A stretch of DNA of 64,000 nt from an uncultured Gammaproteobacteria bacterium (GTDB taxonomy: Bacteria; Pseudomonadota; Gammaproteobacteria; Steroidobacterales; Foliamicaceae), in NCBI GenBank assembly GCA_951828235.1, contig OX639965.1, positions 515,191-579,190 of the forward strand. Direction: 5' to 3'. Below the pieces are notes generated by a model that did not search any database, was not told the origin of the DNA, and saw only the letters and a program-made list of their open reading frames with translations. This document shows, piece after piece, positions 19,575 through 32,386 of this stretch (position 1 is its first letter; every line of letters begins with the position of its first letter). The position numbers and the translations under genes are program-made.

Positions 19575-22500
19575 GGCGCGTCTTCGCCCTGCTGCGGCAC
19601 GGCTGCGTCCTCCGCCGTGCTCAGCAACGCTTCCCAGTCCACTACAGGCATATCGGTCAACTGCTCCTCCAGGTAGCGGGCGCAGTCTTCAAATGCACCC
19701 AGATCAATTTCTTCCCGCAGCACACGCTCAACCAGCGGTTCATCCCAACTGCCGCCGACCCGGTAATAGTTCGCCGAGATCGCCTGCAGGGGTTCGCGGA
19801 AGGCCTGTGACAGCAACAGCATTGTTGCGCCCAGACCGGTCCCGCCGACAATCACCCCGCCCAGCGAAAGCAAATCCGGCAGATTGGGGGATACTACGGC
19901 AACTTGGTCGTAACTGCGATCCTGCAAGCCGGTGCGGCCGAACAATGCGAGGCCGGCCACGGCGCCCTGCAGGCCCATGTTGCAGGTGTAGGCCTGCCCT
20001 TCGCGAAGACTGAAATCGCCGGCCAGCCGGTCAAACGGCAGGCCCTCCTCCGTCACCTCGCGGAAATCCAGCGCTAGGCGGCGCGGCAACCGCGCCAGGC
20101 TGAGCACGCCCAGCATACGTCCGCTGCCGGGATCCAGGGCCGCTACTTCGCCACGCTCCACTTCCAGGTTGACCGTTCCGTTGGACCGCGCCAGGAAGTC
20201 CCCCGCAGGCGGTCCGTCCCAGTTCGCCGACAGGGTCATTTCGCCCCGGTCGCCGGAAATGCCGCGCGCGTATCCCAACTGTTCCAGGGCCGCCCCGACA
20301 TCGGAACTTTCCAGGACCATGTCGAGCCGGCCCAGTTGCTCCGCGCCCTCATCGTCGGCCACCAGCCAGGCCGCGCTGCCCTCCGAGGAGAAGGCCGGCG
20401 ACTCGGTGCGAAACCAGTTCACCGCCAGTCCGCCCGTGGTCTTCTCGTAGCGGGCGCGAACTTCTCCCAGGCGCATCTGACCGATCGTGAGATCGCCCAG
20501 CAGCACCTTGCCGGCAGGCAGGCTCCTCGGATTCGCCGGCGGCTGCGGGTCCGGATCCGGCAGCGTCAGCCTGAGCCGGTTCAGTTCCGCCAGCAACTGC
20601 CCATTCCCGTCGCCCGCGCGCGGCCAGAAAAGGCGCCCGTCGGCGAACTCGCCCTGAAGCTCGACCAGCCATCCGTCGGAGCGCGGCCGGGCGCGAATCG
20701 ACTGGTCCCGCAGGGTGCTGCCCATGCTGTAGACCTCGCCCGCGATGAGATCCAGCTCCCAGGGCAGGTCAAGCGAGTTGGCCTGATCCGCCAGCACGCG
20801 CGCCCAGTCGGCGGGACGCAGCGAATCGACCCGCCCGTCCACCACCAGTCCCGCGCCCTGCGGAAGGCGCGGCAATGTATCGCCGAAGTGCAGGCTCCCG
20901 CGCGCGATGCGCCACCCGCCGCCGTCGGCAAACTCCAGCGCGACGCCCGGCCCCAAACCCAGCCTGCCGGCCAGGCGCGGCGGGGCCCCGGACCCCCATC
21001 GAAGCTCCAGACGCGTGGGCCCGGGCTCGTCGGCCGGCTTGTTCATCGGGTACGGCAGGTCGCTGCCCAATCCCAGCAGGTCGGTCTCCAGGCGCAACCG
21101 GATGGGACTCCGGCCCGCTTCCACCGTTGGCAGGAGCACACTGCCCTGCCACGCGAATTGTCCATTGAGCCGGTCAAGGGCGCAGCAGGCAAACAGTGTC
21201 TTAAGCTCTTCGGCGGCCGCCGCTCCGTCCAGGTCCACCCGGTACGCATACCCGGCGGTCCCGGCCGGCGCCCTGTCCACTTCGATGACCAGCGGCTGGT
21301 CCAGAAAACGCCCTTGCAATTCCCGCGCGCGCACTCCGGCCCGGCTGAAGCGGACGCTGCCCAGCAGGTTGGTCACCGCGGGTATCAGGGCATTCAGTCT
21401 CAATTCCGCGCCGCCCAGTACTGTTTCGGTATGGATTTCCCAGGCGCTCCTGTCCTCGACGGGCAGCCTGAACTCCACGCGCGTGCCCGCCTCGCCGGAG
21501 GTTTCGGCATCGAGCAGCATGGGGTGAATCCGATCGGCCATGGGAATGCGCGCCAGGCCGGCAATCAGCGCCGGCACGGGATCGTCGCTTTCGCCGTTCA
21601 CTTCCACGACCGGGCTGGTGAGGTCGCGGACGTCGGTGCGCACGTCGCGCCAGCGCACGCCGGCAAGCTCGCCCGCGGCGTCGAGAATGACCAGGGAGGA
21701 CCCGTTCAGCACCAGCGTGCCCGACAGGTCCGCCACGTCCGGCCACGCGTCGTGCACCGTCAGCACCCCGTCACTCAGGGCCATCTCCACCCGCAGGACC
21801 GCGCCGCCGAACGGAAATGAATCCAGCGGCCCGCTGAGCTGCATGTTCCAGCCGCCGGCGCGGCCGGCGTGCAGGGCCCGGCTGAGCCAGCCGAAGGGAA
21901 GTCCGCGCGTGTTCTTCCAGGGCAGAAGCCTGAGCGCCGCCGGCAGGTCCCCGATACTGTCGCCGCCCCCGCTCAGCTCAAGCACGGGAGAGCTGCCGAC
22001 TTCGGGCAGGGCGAGGGAAAACCGGCCGGCGAACTCCATCCCCTCGGAGCCGATTCTGAGATTGTTGCCTTCGATCGACCAGCTCTCCGGGCCTGTCCTC
22101 CAGCTCAACTCCGCCTGCGCCCCGGTCAGATTGACGGACCCGTCCAGCCAGGACGCAGCGAAACCGCCGTCCCCCGAAATCGAAAGATCGGCGTTGCCGG
22201 CGCCGGATTCGTGCCGCAGGCTGCCGTCCACTCCCGCCAGCGTCAGGCCGCGGTCCTGCCAATCCACCGACAATCCGGAAAAGTCGGCCCGGATTTCCGG
22301 CAGGGCCGGGTCGCCGGAGTCCCAGCTCAAACTCAGGTCGTTGACGTCGCCGGCAAGCGGCACCAGCGCAGGCGACACTCCCAGGCGCCCGGCAATCCCG
22401 AGCAGCGGCGGGATCGCGTCTTCCAGACGCACAAAGCCGGCTTCGAGTTGCAGTGCGGCGAGGTCTCCCCCGGTCGCCAGCGTCCAGCTTGCGCTGACTT

Positions 22501-23485
22501 CCGTGTCCGGCCAGTCCTGTCCGTTTCGCGCTGCCTCGAGCCGGGCGGCGGTCAGTACGGCGGCGTTTCCCTCCCGCTGCCATTCGAACTGACCGGCGAG
22601 GCGGTCAAAAACATGGTCGCCGGTTCCTCCTGCAACCCACAAGTCCTCGAAGTCAAGTTCTCCGAAAAGCTGCTCGATTTCGGCACCGTTGAGGTCCACG
22701 AAGACGTTGAAATCGCCGGAGCCGATAAAGGGCAGCCCGGCCACCTCGGTGACCAGGTCCGCCATCTTCGCGAGGTCGACGGACCTGCCCTCCAGGTGAA
22801 GGCGCCAGCGCCCGGCCGGCAGAAAGGGGCGGGTCCATTGCGCAAGCTCGATGTCCGCCCCGACCCCCAGCCAGTCCCCGTATTCCTCCGGCAGGACCAT
22901 GCGTCCGTCCAGCACGATTCGACCGTCCGCAATGGTCATGGACAGACGCTCAAGCCACAGGTTCTCGCTCACATTGCGGCCCGGCTCTTCGAAATCGACC
23001 CAGACATCCCGCAGCTGCATCTCGGGCGGGGCAAACGCCAGCATGCGCGCCGGACCGCCCGGATAGTAGGCGGGATCGCGCCCCTGCAGGGAGAAGGTTT
23101 CCGGCCCCAGCCGCCGCAATGACAGCCTGGCGCCGACAATCGACATGCGGTCCAGGTTGAGGCCCGCGCCCGGCAAAAGCGTCCACAGGTTGATTCCCAC
23201 CAGGATCTCGTCGGCCAGCAACAGCGGGCCGCCGCCGCGCTCGGACATGACCCGCACCCCACGCAAACGGAATTCCGGCCCGGTAAGACCCCAGGACGGT
23301 TCGATCCGGGCGAACTCCACCGGATACCCCAGGCTGTTGCTGGTCCACTCGGCAATCTCCTCCTGGAACGTCGGAACGAGAGGCATGAGCACGCGCAGCA
23401 CGCCCAGCAGCAGGGCCACGACCAGCAACGCCGCGCAGACGGTGCCGATCGCCCAGCGCAGGGCCTTCTTCAATAGGGGGGGCAT
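19571..23485 (-). CDS. yhdP: YhdP (AsmA/TamB-like phospholipid bridge protein)
   Basis: 1304 aa with N-terminal TM; LPRRLALDFRE and C-terminal YRVGGSWDEP; located upstream of nit-tldD. Confidence 0.88.
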   Translation of the reverse strand: MPPLLKKALRWAIGTVCAALLVVALLLGVLRVLMPLVPTFQEEIAEWTSNSLGYPVEFARIEPSWGLTGPEFRLRGVRVMSERGGGPLLLADEILVGINLWTLLPGAGLNLDRMSIVGARLSLRRLGPETFSLQGRDPAYYPGGPARMLAFAPPEMQLRDVWVDFEEPGRNVSENLWLERLSMTIADGRIVLDGRMVLPEEYGDWLGVGADIELAQWTRPFLPAGRWRLHLEGRSVDLAKMADLVTEVAGLPFIGSGDFNVFVDLNGAEIEQLFGELDFEDLWVAGGTGDHVFDRLAGQFEWQREGNAAVLTAARLEAARNGQDWPDTEVSASWTLATGGDLAALQLEAGFVRLEDAIPPLLGIAGRLGVSPALVPLAGDVNDLSLSWDSGDPALPEIRADFSGLSVDWQDRGLTLAGVDGSLRHESGAGNADLSISGDGGFAASWLDGSVNLTGAQAELSWRTGPESWSIEGNNLRIGSEGMEFAGRFSLALPEVGSSPVLELSGGGDSIGDLPAALRLLPWKNTRGLPFGWLSRALHAGRAGGWNMQLSGPLDSFPFGGAVLRVEMALSDGVLTVHDAWPDVADLSGTLVLNGSSLVILDAAGELAGVRWRDVRTDVRDLTSPVVEVNGESDDPVPALIAGLARIPMADRIHPMLLDAETSGEAGTRVEFRLPVEDRSAWEIHTETVLGGAELRLNALIPAVTNLLGSVRFSRAGVRARELQGRFLDQPLVIEVDRAPAGTAGYAYRVDLDGAAAAEELKTLFACCALDRLNGQFAWQGSVLLPTVEAGRSPIRLRLETDLLGLGSDLPYPMNKPADEPGPTRLELRWGSGAPPRLAGRLGLGPGVALEFADGGGWRIARGSLHFGDTLPRLPQGAGLVVDGRVDSLRPADWARVLADQANSLDLPWELDLIAGEVYSMGSTLRDQSIRARPRSDGWLVELQGEFADGRLFWPRAGDGNGQLLAELNRLRLTLPDPDPQPPANPRSLPAGKVLLGDLTIGQMRLGEVRARYEKTTGGLAVNWFRTESPAFSSEGSAAWLVADDEGAEQLGRLDMVLESSDVGAALEQLGYARGISGDRGEMTLSANWDGPPAGDFLARSNGTVNLEVERGEVAALDPGSGRMLGVLSLARLPRRLALDFREVTEEGLPFDRLAGDFSLREGQAYTCNMGLQGAVAGLALFGRTGLQDRSYDQVAVVSPNLPDLLSLGGVIVGGTGLGATMLLLSQAFREPLQAISANYYRVGGSWDEPLVERVLREEIDLGAFEDCARYLEEQLTDMPVVDWEALLSTAEDAAVPQQGEDAP

Positions 23486-23512
23486 GGCTTGATCGGGCCC
23501 GGGCTTCGCCTG

Positions 23513-23854
23513 CTAGGTGCCCGCGGCCGCGCTGTCAAACTCCCACAAGTCCTCCAGCTTGTAGAAGTCCCGCGTATCCCGCCGCATGAGGTGAACGACA
23601 AGGTCCCCCAGATCGATCAGCACCCACTCGCACCACTGCAGGCCCTCCACGCCCAGCACGCGGTGCCCGTCCTTCTTGCTTCGCTCAACCAGGCGATCGG
23701 CCAGGGCCTTGATGTGACGCGGGTTGCGGCCGGTGGCGACCAGCATGAAATCGGTCATCCCCGTTTGCGAGCGCACGTCCATAAGGCGCACTTCGGATGC
23801 CTGCAACTCGTCCAGGATGCCTTCGGCCAGGCTTACCAGGGGATGGTCGTTCAA
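23513..23854 (-). CDS. rsfS: Ribosome silencing factor
   Basis: TDFMLVATG, EWVLIDLGDLVVHLM, FYKLEDLW. Confidence 0.95.
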   Translation of the reverse strand: MNDHPLVSLAEGILDELQASEVRLMDVRSQTGMTDFMLVATGRNPRHIKALADRLVERSKKDGHRVLGVEGLQWCEWVLIDLGDLVVHLMRRDTRDFYKLEDLWEFDSAAAGT

Positions 23855-24504
23855 TTCTCACCCCCGGCATAGGCGCCGGAATCCGAGATGATTCGCGCTA
23901 CAGAAGCCGGAATCAGGTCATGTGCGAGGTCCCCCGATCGGGCGGCGCGCCGCACGCTGCTGGAGGAAACCGCCGCCACGGGCTTCCGGCAGATCATGAT
24001 GCGGCCAGCGGGCGAGGACTCCAGCTCCCGGCGGTCGGTAACCGAGCGCGATTCGATTTCCGCCTCGAGAGCCGCGGGCAGCCGGCCCTGATGGCCGGCG
24101 CGCGCTCCCACCAGCAGGTGCGCCAGGCCAAATATCGACTTCCAGCGCCGCCAGGTCGGCAGGGTAAGGAACGAATCGAAGCCCATCATCCAGCAGAGCG
24201 TGCGCCCGGGATTCGCGCGTTTCAAGGCCTTGAGAGTGTCCGCCGTATAGCCTGTGGCCGACGGACCCAGCTCGCACTTTTCCACCGAGAATCCGGGGAT
24301 TCCCTCAACGGCCGCCTTGAGCATCCGCAGCCTGAGCGGCGCGGAAGCCACCAGGGCGGACCGGTGCGGCGGGGAGGACGCAAGCACGAAGCGCACCTCG
24401 GACAGCCTTGCCGCGTCGGCAAGCTGGCGCGCCAGGGCGATATGCCCCGTATGCACCGGATCGAAACTGCCCCCGAGCAGACCGAGTCCCTGCCACCCGT
24501 TCAT
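23851..24504 (-). CDS. nadD: Nicotinate-nucleotide adenylyltransferase
   Basis: GGSFDPVHTGH, PPHR, MGFDSF, VSSSSVR. Confidence 0.93.
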   Translation of the reverse strand: MNGWQGLGLLGGSFDPVHTGHIALARQLADAARLSEVRFVLASSPPHRSALVASAPLRLRMLKAAVEGIPGFSVEKCELGPSATGYTADTLKALKRANPGRTLCWMMGFDSFLTLPTWRRWKSIFGLAHLLVGARAGHQGRLPAALEAEIESRSVTDRRELESSPAGRIMICRKPVAAVSSSSVRRAARSGDLAHDLIPASVARIISDSGAYAGGEN

Positions 24505-25526
24505 GATTCCGCGCCCATGCGATGCGGCTCCGCCAGACCGAAGGCCAGCAACTGAAGCTCCGCCCAGGGCTCGCCGGCACGGGCGCCCTTGATGACCTGG
24601 TCGGCCCTGGCCGAACGCTTGAGCAGCCAGTCGATCGAACGGGCGCCGTGGCGCTTCAGCGCCGAGCGGAACTCGGCCTTGCGGCTCGACCAGACCGACA
24701 ACGCCCCCATGGCCGACGGCAGGCTGTCTCCCCGCGCCGTACGCCAGTAAAGGTCCGCCAAAGTAGTGATGTCGCGAACCAGGACCCAGAGGATCAGGGT
24801 CAGCGGCGCGCGTTCGCGCTTCAGCCCGGCAAGAATGCGGGCGGTTCGGCGCAGGTCCTGGCCCAAAGCGGCCGATCCGAGCTGAAACACGTCAAACCGG
24901 CTGGCATCGGCAATGGCCTCCATCACCGCGTCCACCGACAGCGGTCCGAAGTCATGGGCGAGCGCCAGCTTGTCGATCTGCTGCCGCGCGGACAGCAGAT
25001 TGCCCTCGGTTCGTTCGGCCAGCAGCATGACGGCCGCCTCGTCGGGCTGGAAGCCCTCTCCGGCCAGACGGTCTTTGATCCAGCCGCGCTGCTCCCGGGC
25101 GGACAGCCGGGGAGCGTCGATCCAGGCGCCGGCCTTCTCCAGCGCGACCACCCAGGCACTCCTGCGGGCGCTGCGATCCAGCGGTCCGGTAACGACCATG
25201 ATCAGGGTGTCCTGGGGAATGGCGCCGGCCAGGTCCTTGAGCACCCTGGCGCCCGCGGCTCCCGGCTTGCCGCTCCCCAGGCGGACCTCAAGCAGCCGCC
25301 GGCTGGCGAACAGCGATTGGCTGCAGGCGTCGGCGTACAGGTCGTTCCACTTGTAACGCGCGTCGGCGACGTGAAGCGCGCGCTCCGAAAAGCCGCCGTC
25401 GCGCGCCGCCGCCCGGACCCGGTCAACCGCTTCGTCCAGCAACAGCGGCTCCGCGCCGGACAGCAGGTACAGGCTCTCCAGGCCTCGCTCGAGGGCCCCC
25501 GGCAGTTCCTTGGGAGTCAGGCGCAC
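24501..25526 (-). CDS. holA: DNA polymerase III delta subunit
   Basis: YLLSGAEPLL, QSLFASRRLLEV, TEGNLLSARQ, SRFDVF. Confidence 0.93.
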   Translation of the reverse strand: MRLTPKELPGALERGLESLYLLSGAEPLLLDEAVDRVRAAARDGGFSERALHVADARYKWNDLYADACSQSLFASRRLLEVRLGSGKPGAAGARVLKDLAGAIPQDTLIMVVTGPLDRSARRSAWVVALEKAGAWIDAPRLSAREQRGWIKDRLAGEGFQPDEAAVMLLAERTEGNLLSARQQIDKLALAHDFGPLSVDAVMEAIADASRFDVFQLGSAALGQDLRRTARILAGLKRERAPLTLILWVLVRDITTLADLYWRTARGDSLPSAMGALSVWSSRKAEFRSALKRHGARSIDWLLKRSARADQVIKGARAGEPWAELQLLAFGLAEPHRMGAES

Positions 25527-25774
25527 GTATCGACGAGCGGTACGGCTTCCTCAACCAGGAGGACCGGAATGCCTTCATGAACCGGATAGAGCCAGCGGCC
25601 GCATTCGGACACCAGCGCGCCTTCCATCGCCTGCTCGAGCTTCTTGCCGGCGGCATTGCTCAGCTTCCCCTCCCCCAGGGCCTCGTTGTAGGCCGACAGC
25701 TCCTCCGCCCCGGCAAGGCGAATTTCGCCGCCGGTCCTGGGGCAGCGCAAGAGCGAAAGAAAGGACTGGTCCAC
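25517..25774 (-). CDS. Trm112/YcaR family protein (long form)
   Basis: LLRCP...YPVHEGIPVLLVEEA. Confidence 0.85.
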   Translation of the reverse strand: MDQSFLSLLRCPRTGGEIRLAGAEELSAYNEALGEGKLSNAAGKKLEQAMEGALVSECGRWLYPVHEGIPVLLVEEAVPLVDTCA

Positions 25775-25779
25775 GTGCT

Positions 25780-26025
25780 TTACTTGTCCACCTTGACGGG
25801 CGGCACGGGATCCCAGCCCGAGGGGCCCAGCGGGTGGCAGCGCAGCAATCGGCGCAGGGACATCCCGAACCCGCGCAGCAGCCCATGAGTATCAATTGCT
25901 TCCCTGGCATATTCGGAACAGGTCGGCAGGAAGCGGCAGCGAGGACCCAGGAAAGGCGACACGCAAAGCTGGTACGCGCGGATCAGCCCGATGGCCATGG
26001 CCTTCATGAGTGACACTAGAGACAT
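25780..26025 (-). CDS. yidD: Membrane protein insertion efficiency factor
   Basis: [30 protein letters not shown]. Confidence 0.92.
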   Translation of the reverse strand: MSLVSLMKAMAIGLIRAYQLCVSPFLGPRCRFLPTCSEYAREAIDTHGLLRGFGMSLRRLLRCHPLGPSGWDPVPPVKVDK

Positions 26026-26450
26026 TTTACGGCCCGCTGCCGGATTTCGTTGACCATGGAATGCAGGCCGTTGCTGCGCGTCGGACTCAGGTGCCGGTCG
26101 AGTCCGGCGCCGGCGATGAAGTCGGGCGAAGTTTCGAGTATCTCGCCGGGCCGCCGCCCGCTGTAGATTCGAGTCAGCATGGCCGCCAGCCCGGAAACGA
26201 TCGCGGAATCGCTCACCGCGACAAAGAACAGGCGCCCCTCCTCCTGCCAGGACTTCAGCCACACCTGGGACTGGCAGCCACGCAGGCGGTTGTCCTCAAT
26301 CCGCCACTCGTCGGGAAACTCCGGCGCATTGCGGCCCAGTTCGATAATGTGCTGATAGCGCTCCATCCAACTGTCGAAGAAGCCCAGTTCTTCGAGCAAC
26401 TCTTCCTGGGCGTCCCGCAATGTACCCGGGGACGGCAGTTCGACGCTCAC
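26016..26450 (-). CDS. sufE: SufE family sulfur acceptor
   Basis: [38 protein letters not shown]; GTG start overlaps the hisI stop. Confidence 0.92.
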   Translation of the reverse strand: MSVELPSPGTLRDAQEELLEELGFFDSWMERYQHIIELGRNAPEFPDEWRIEDNRLRGCQSQVWLKSWQEEGRLFFVAVSDSAIVSGLAAMLTRIYSGRRPGEILETSPDFIAGAGLDRHLSPTRSNGLHSMVNEIRQRAVKCL

Positions 26451-26917
26451 AAGCGGGTGGGGTTTTCCTGCCCGGCGTAGACCTGCTCCGGGTCGAACAC
26501 CTTGTCGCTCTCGATGAATTCGAGCTCGACCGCGCCGCCGCCGGAACTCAGCGGGACCCGCCGATAAAAGCAGGACCGGTAGCCCACATGACAGCTTGCG
26601 CCGCCGGTCAGCTCCACCCGCAGCCAGACGCAATCCTGATCGTCGTCGATCAGCAACTCGCGCACCTGCTGCCTGAGCCCGCTGGTCTCGCCCTTCCGCC
26701 AGAGTTTGTTGCGGCTGCGGCTGAAATAGTGCGCCTCACCCGTGGTGATGGTGAGTTCAAGCGCCTCCCTGTTCATGTAGGCGTGCATCAGCAGTTCGCC
26801 GCTGCCATGGTCCGTGACCACGGCCGGGATAAGGCCGCTGGCGTCGAATTTCGGCGCCAGCTCGGCGCTCTCCTCCACCTGGGCCACGGTCCGCCGGCGT
26901 GCAAACAAGTCGCTCAT
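26447..26917 (-). CDS. hisI: Phosphoribosyl-AMP cyclohydrolase
   Basis: [30 protein letters not shown]. Confidence 0.95.
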   Translation of the reverse strand: MSDLFARRRTVAQVEESAELAPKFDASGLIPAVVTDHGSGELLMHAYMNREALELTITTGEAHYFSRSRNKLWRKGETSGLRQQVRELLIDDDQDCVWLRVELTGGASCHVGYRSCFYRRVPLSSGGGAVELEFIESDKVFDPEQVYAGQENPTRL

Positions 26918-26924
26918 AAGCCAA

Positions 26925-28346
26925 TCATAGCGCCGTCCGGCGCCAGGTCGTACCCCCGGGGCCGTCTTCCAGGATCACGCCGCGGTCCTTGAGGACTTCG
27001 CGTATGCGGTCGGCAGCGGCATAGTCGCCGTTCGCGCGCGCGCTGGCCCGCTCGCCGATGCGTTTCTCGATTTCCCCGGCGCTCAAATCCAGCGCCGCCG
27101 CCGTAAACCACTCTTTGGGATCGCTCTGAAGAATACCCAGCAGGTAGCCGCCCGCCTGCAACGAGGCCGCGCCCGCACTGGGCTCGAGTTCGCCTGAGCG
27201 GAGTTTGCGGGCCTGAGCGGCCAGCACGCTTAGTGCCGCGGGCGTGTTGAGATCGTCCTCCAGCGCGCGGACCAGTTCCTGTGGCGGATCCGCCGCGCGA
27301 GAACGGACTCCCGGGGGCGAAGGCGTCCCGCCTTCGTGGAGGGCGGGACGCCCTCCCTCCCGGGCTTCCGCGGCGCAATCGAGCAATACGCGATACAGGC
27401 GGTCCAGCCGCTTCCGGGAGGCGGCGATCAGCTCATCGCTCCACTCCAGCGGGTCGCGGTAACGCGCGCTGAGAAGGGCCAACCGCAACACTTCGCCCGG
27501 AACTTTCTCCCGCAACTCGCGGATCGTCAGGATATTCCCCCGGGACTTGGCCATCTTCGACTTGCCCATGCGGATCATGCCGTTGTGCACCCAGTAACGG
27601 GCCAGAGGTGCGCCGTGGGCACAGCGGCTCTGGGCAATCTCGTTTTCGTGGTGCGGAAAAATCAGGTCCTGGCCGCCGCCATGAATGTCGATCGTTTCTC
27701 CCAGGTGTTCCCGCGCCATGGCCGAGCACTCCAGGTGCCAGCCGGGACGCCCGCGCCCCCAGGGGCTCTCCCAGCCGGGAAGCTCGCCGGAAGAGGGCTT
27801 CCAAAGCACGAAATCGGCCGGGTCCTCCTTGTACGGCGCAACGTCGACCCGGGCGCCGGCAAGCTGCTCGTCGCGATTACGCCCGGAAAGCTCTCCGTAC
27901 CACGCAAAAGCGCCCACCCGGAACAGCACGTGACCCTCCGCCTCGTAGGCGTGTCCCGACTCCAGCAGTTTCCCGACCAGGGCGATCATCTGCGGCACAT
28001 GTTCGGTCGCCTGCGGTTGCCGGTCCGGCGCAAGCACGCCCAGCGCGCCTGCATCTTCCCGCCAGACCCGCGTCCAGCGCTGCGCGACGGTTGCGATCGG
28101 CACGCCCTCGTCAGCGGCCGCCTGGTTGATCTTGTCGTCCACGTCCGTGATGTTGCTGGCGTAAACCAGCTCGAAGCGCCGGCGCAACAGGCGGGCCAGC
28201 ACGTCGAAGACCACTGCCGGGCGGGCGTTGCCGATATGCGCAGGCCCATAGACCGTCGGTCCGCAAACGTACATGGTTACCCGGTCCGGGTTTCCGGGAA
28301 CGAAGGGCTGGCGTTTGCCGCCCAGGGTGTTGTAGAGGCTGATCAC
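26925..28346 (-). CDS. cysS: Cysteine--tRNA ligase
   Basis: [43 protein letters not shown]; GTG start overlaps the lptE stop. Confidence 0.96.
   Translation of the reverse strand: MISLYNTLGGKRQPFVPGNPDRVTMYVCGPTVYGPAHIGNARPAVVFDVLARLLRRRFELVYASNITDVDDKINQAAADEGVPIATVAQRWTRVWREDAGALGVLAPDRQPQATEHVPQMIALVGKLLESGHAYEAEGHVLFRVGAFAWYGELSGRNRDEQLAGARVDVAPYKEDPADFVLWKPSSGELPGWESPWGRGRPGWHLECSAMAREHLGETIDIHGGGQDLIFPHHENEIAQSRCAHGAPLARYWVHNGMIRMGKSKMAKSRGNILTIRELREKVPGEVLRLALLSARYRDPLEWSDELIAASRKRLDRLYRVLLDCAAEAREGGRPALHEGGTPSPPGVRSRAADPPQELVRALEDDLNTPAALSVLAAQARKLRSGELEPSAGAASLQAGGYLLGILQSDPKEWFTAAALDLSAGEIEKRIGERASARANGDYAAADRIREVLKDRGVILEDGPGGTTWRRTAL
27310..27364. repeat. REP-like palindromic element, copy 2 (in frame inside cysS)
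   Basis: cccgggggcgaaggcgtcccgccttcgtggagggcgggacgccctccctcccggg; reverse complement nearly identical to the 52245 copy. Confidence 0.88.
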
Positions 28347-28935
28347 GGACCGCCGCCTGCCGCGGGAGCGGGCAGCGAGGCCAGGTCGCGCAGAATCTGC
28401 CAGGCCAGGTCTTCCGCCAGGGCATCGCGCAGGACCTCGGTCTCGCGCTCCATTCCCAGCACCCGGAACTCGTCCTGTACGCGCGTGTGGTCCACTTCCC
28501 ACTCGCGCTCGTCAATCAGCCGCTCGCCGCCCAGCCTGAGCGTGTACTTCACGCGGTAGCTGATTTCCGTGACCGTGGGCAGGTTGTTCGCGGAGATGGC
28601 CACAAGGCTTTCCTCGCTCTCGTCTTCCAGCAGGCGCAAAATCGCCACGCCTTCGCCCGGCTCGTCGTGCACGGTGACCTCGGCCAGGCGCAACTGCTCG
28701 TCCAGGGCGCGCCGAAGAGGCGTCGAACCCTGGGCGCTTTGCACCCATACGCCCGCGGCCAGCGCCGGAAAATCAAGTCGCCCCTGGAACTGAAAGCCGC
28801 AGGCTGCGAGCATGAACGACAACGCGCAGGCTACGGCGACGCGGCCTGCCAGGCAAGGCGAAGGATGGCTGATCCTGGTTTCGAGGGCGGGACGCCCTCG
28901 CTCCCGGTCGGCGATGAATGGCGCGTGATTCAGGT

Positions 28936-28939
<4 letters not shown>
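28343..28939 (-). CDS. lptE: LPS assembly lipoprotein LptE
   Basis: Lipobox LAAC-GF; follows leuS; start uncertain (GTG overlapping the leuS stop gives a long leader). Confidence 0.85.
28883..28907. repeat. REP-like element, half copy 3 (5' region of lptE)
   Basis: gagggcgggacgccctcgctcccgg matches one arm of the other copies. Confidence 0.7.
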
Positions 28940-31542
<2,603 letters not shown>

Positions 31543-31597
31543 GGCGGTGAATTGTACGGGCGCGCGCGTCGCCCGGCGGCGCGATAACCGGCTGCAA

Positions 31598-32386
31598 TCA
31601 GGCGGTAATGGCCGCCCAGGCCGCCGCCGGACCGGCGGCGATGGCGCGCCTGCCGACAGCCTCGGCCCAATCGGTGTCCCGGCCATACTCGGCTCGCCAG
31701 CTCCACAGCGGCAGGCTGAAATACTGCAGGCCCATTTCCTCGGTAAAACCGATCGCGCCATGCACGCCGTGCGCGATCTGCGTCACCGGGTGCACCAGTT
31801 CCGAACAGCGGCACTTGGCGACGGCGATGGCCAGCCAGGCGGGACTGTCCGCGGACTCCGGCATGCCGTGCTTCTGAACCGCCGCAAATGCCTGCTGCGA
31901 CGCCGCCTGCATGCACGCCGCGTATCCTGCCAGTTCGGCCAATTGCTGCTGCACGGCCTGAAATTTGGCAATTGGGCGTCCGAACTGCTCTCTTTCTCCG
32001 CAATACGCGACGGAGCGTTCCACAAGACCCTGCGCCGCGCCCGCCATCTGCGCCGAGCGAAGCAGCGCTCCGGCCAGCCTCGGCAGCGCGGCGGAACCGC
32101 CTTCTTCAACGGCGGCGCCAAGCGCAGGCCAAATCATGATCTCGGGCAAGTCCCCCGGGGCGGCGTAGCGCCCGCATGCCTCGGCAATCACAAACGCGTC
32201 CGGCCATCCGCCGCCATAGCCTCCCTGTTCCTGCGGAACCATTACCGCGTCCAGGCCCATCTCGCGCGCCAGCGCCATGAACTGCTCGCCGCCGTTGCGA
32301 TGCGCTTCGTCAAGCATGTCGGGCGCAAGGTTCTCGGCGAACATGCGCTCCACTGTTTCCACCAGCAGCGGGTCGGCGCGCATCAT
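31598..32386 (-). CDS. Short acyl-CoA dehydrogenase-like subunit
   Basis: REQFGRPIAKFQAVQQQLAE, HGVHGAIGFTEE; only 262 aa; ATGA-coupled to the upstream ACAD. Confidence 0.85.
   Translation of the reverse strand: MMRADPLLVETVERMFAENLAPDMLDEAHRNGGEQFMALAREMGLDAVMVPQEQGGYGGGWPDAFVIAEACGRYAAPGDLPEIMIWPALGAAVEEGGSAALPRLAGALLRSAQMAGAAQGLVERSVAYCGEREQFGRPIAKFQAVQQQLAELAGYAACMQAASQQAFAAVQKHGMPESADSPAWLAIAVAKCRCSELVHPVTQIAHGVHGAIGFTEEMGLQYFSLPLWSWRAEYGRDTDWAEAVGRRAIAAGPAAAWAAITA

Noticed and set aside
27541-27570. KMAKS instead of KMSKS in CysS as a sign of inactivation
   Set aside because: All other catalytic motifs are intact, and single substitutions in this loop occur in functional class I synthetases.
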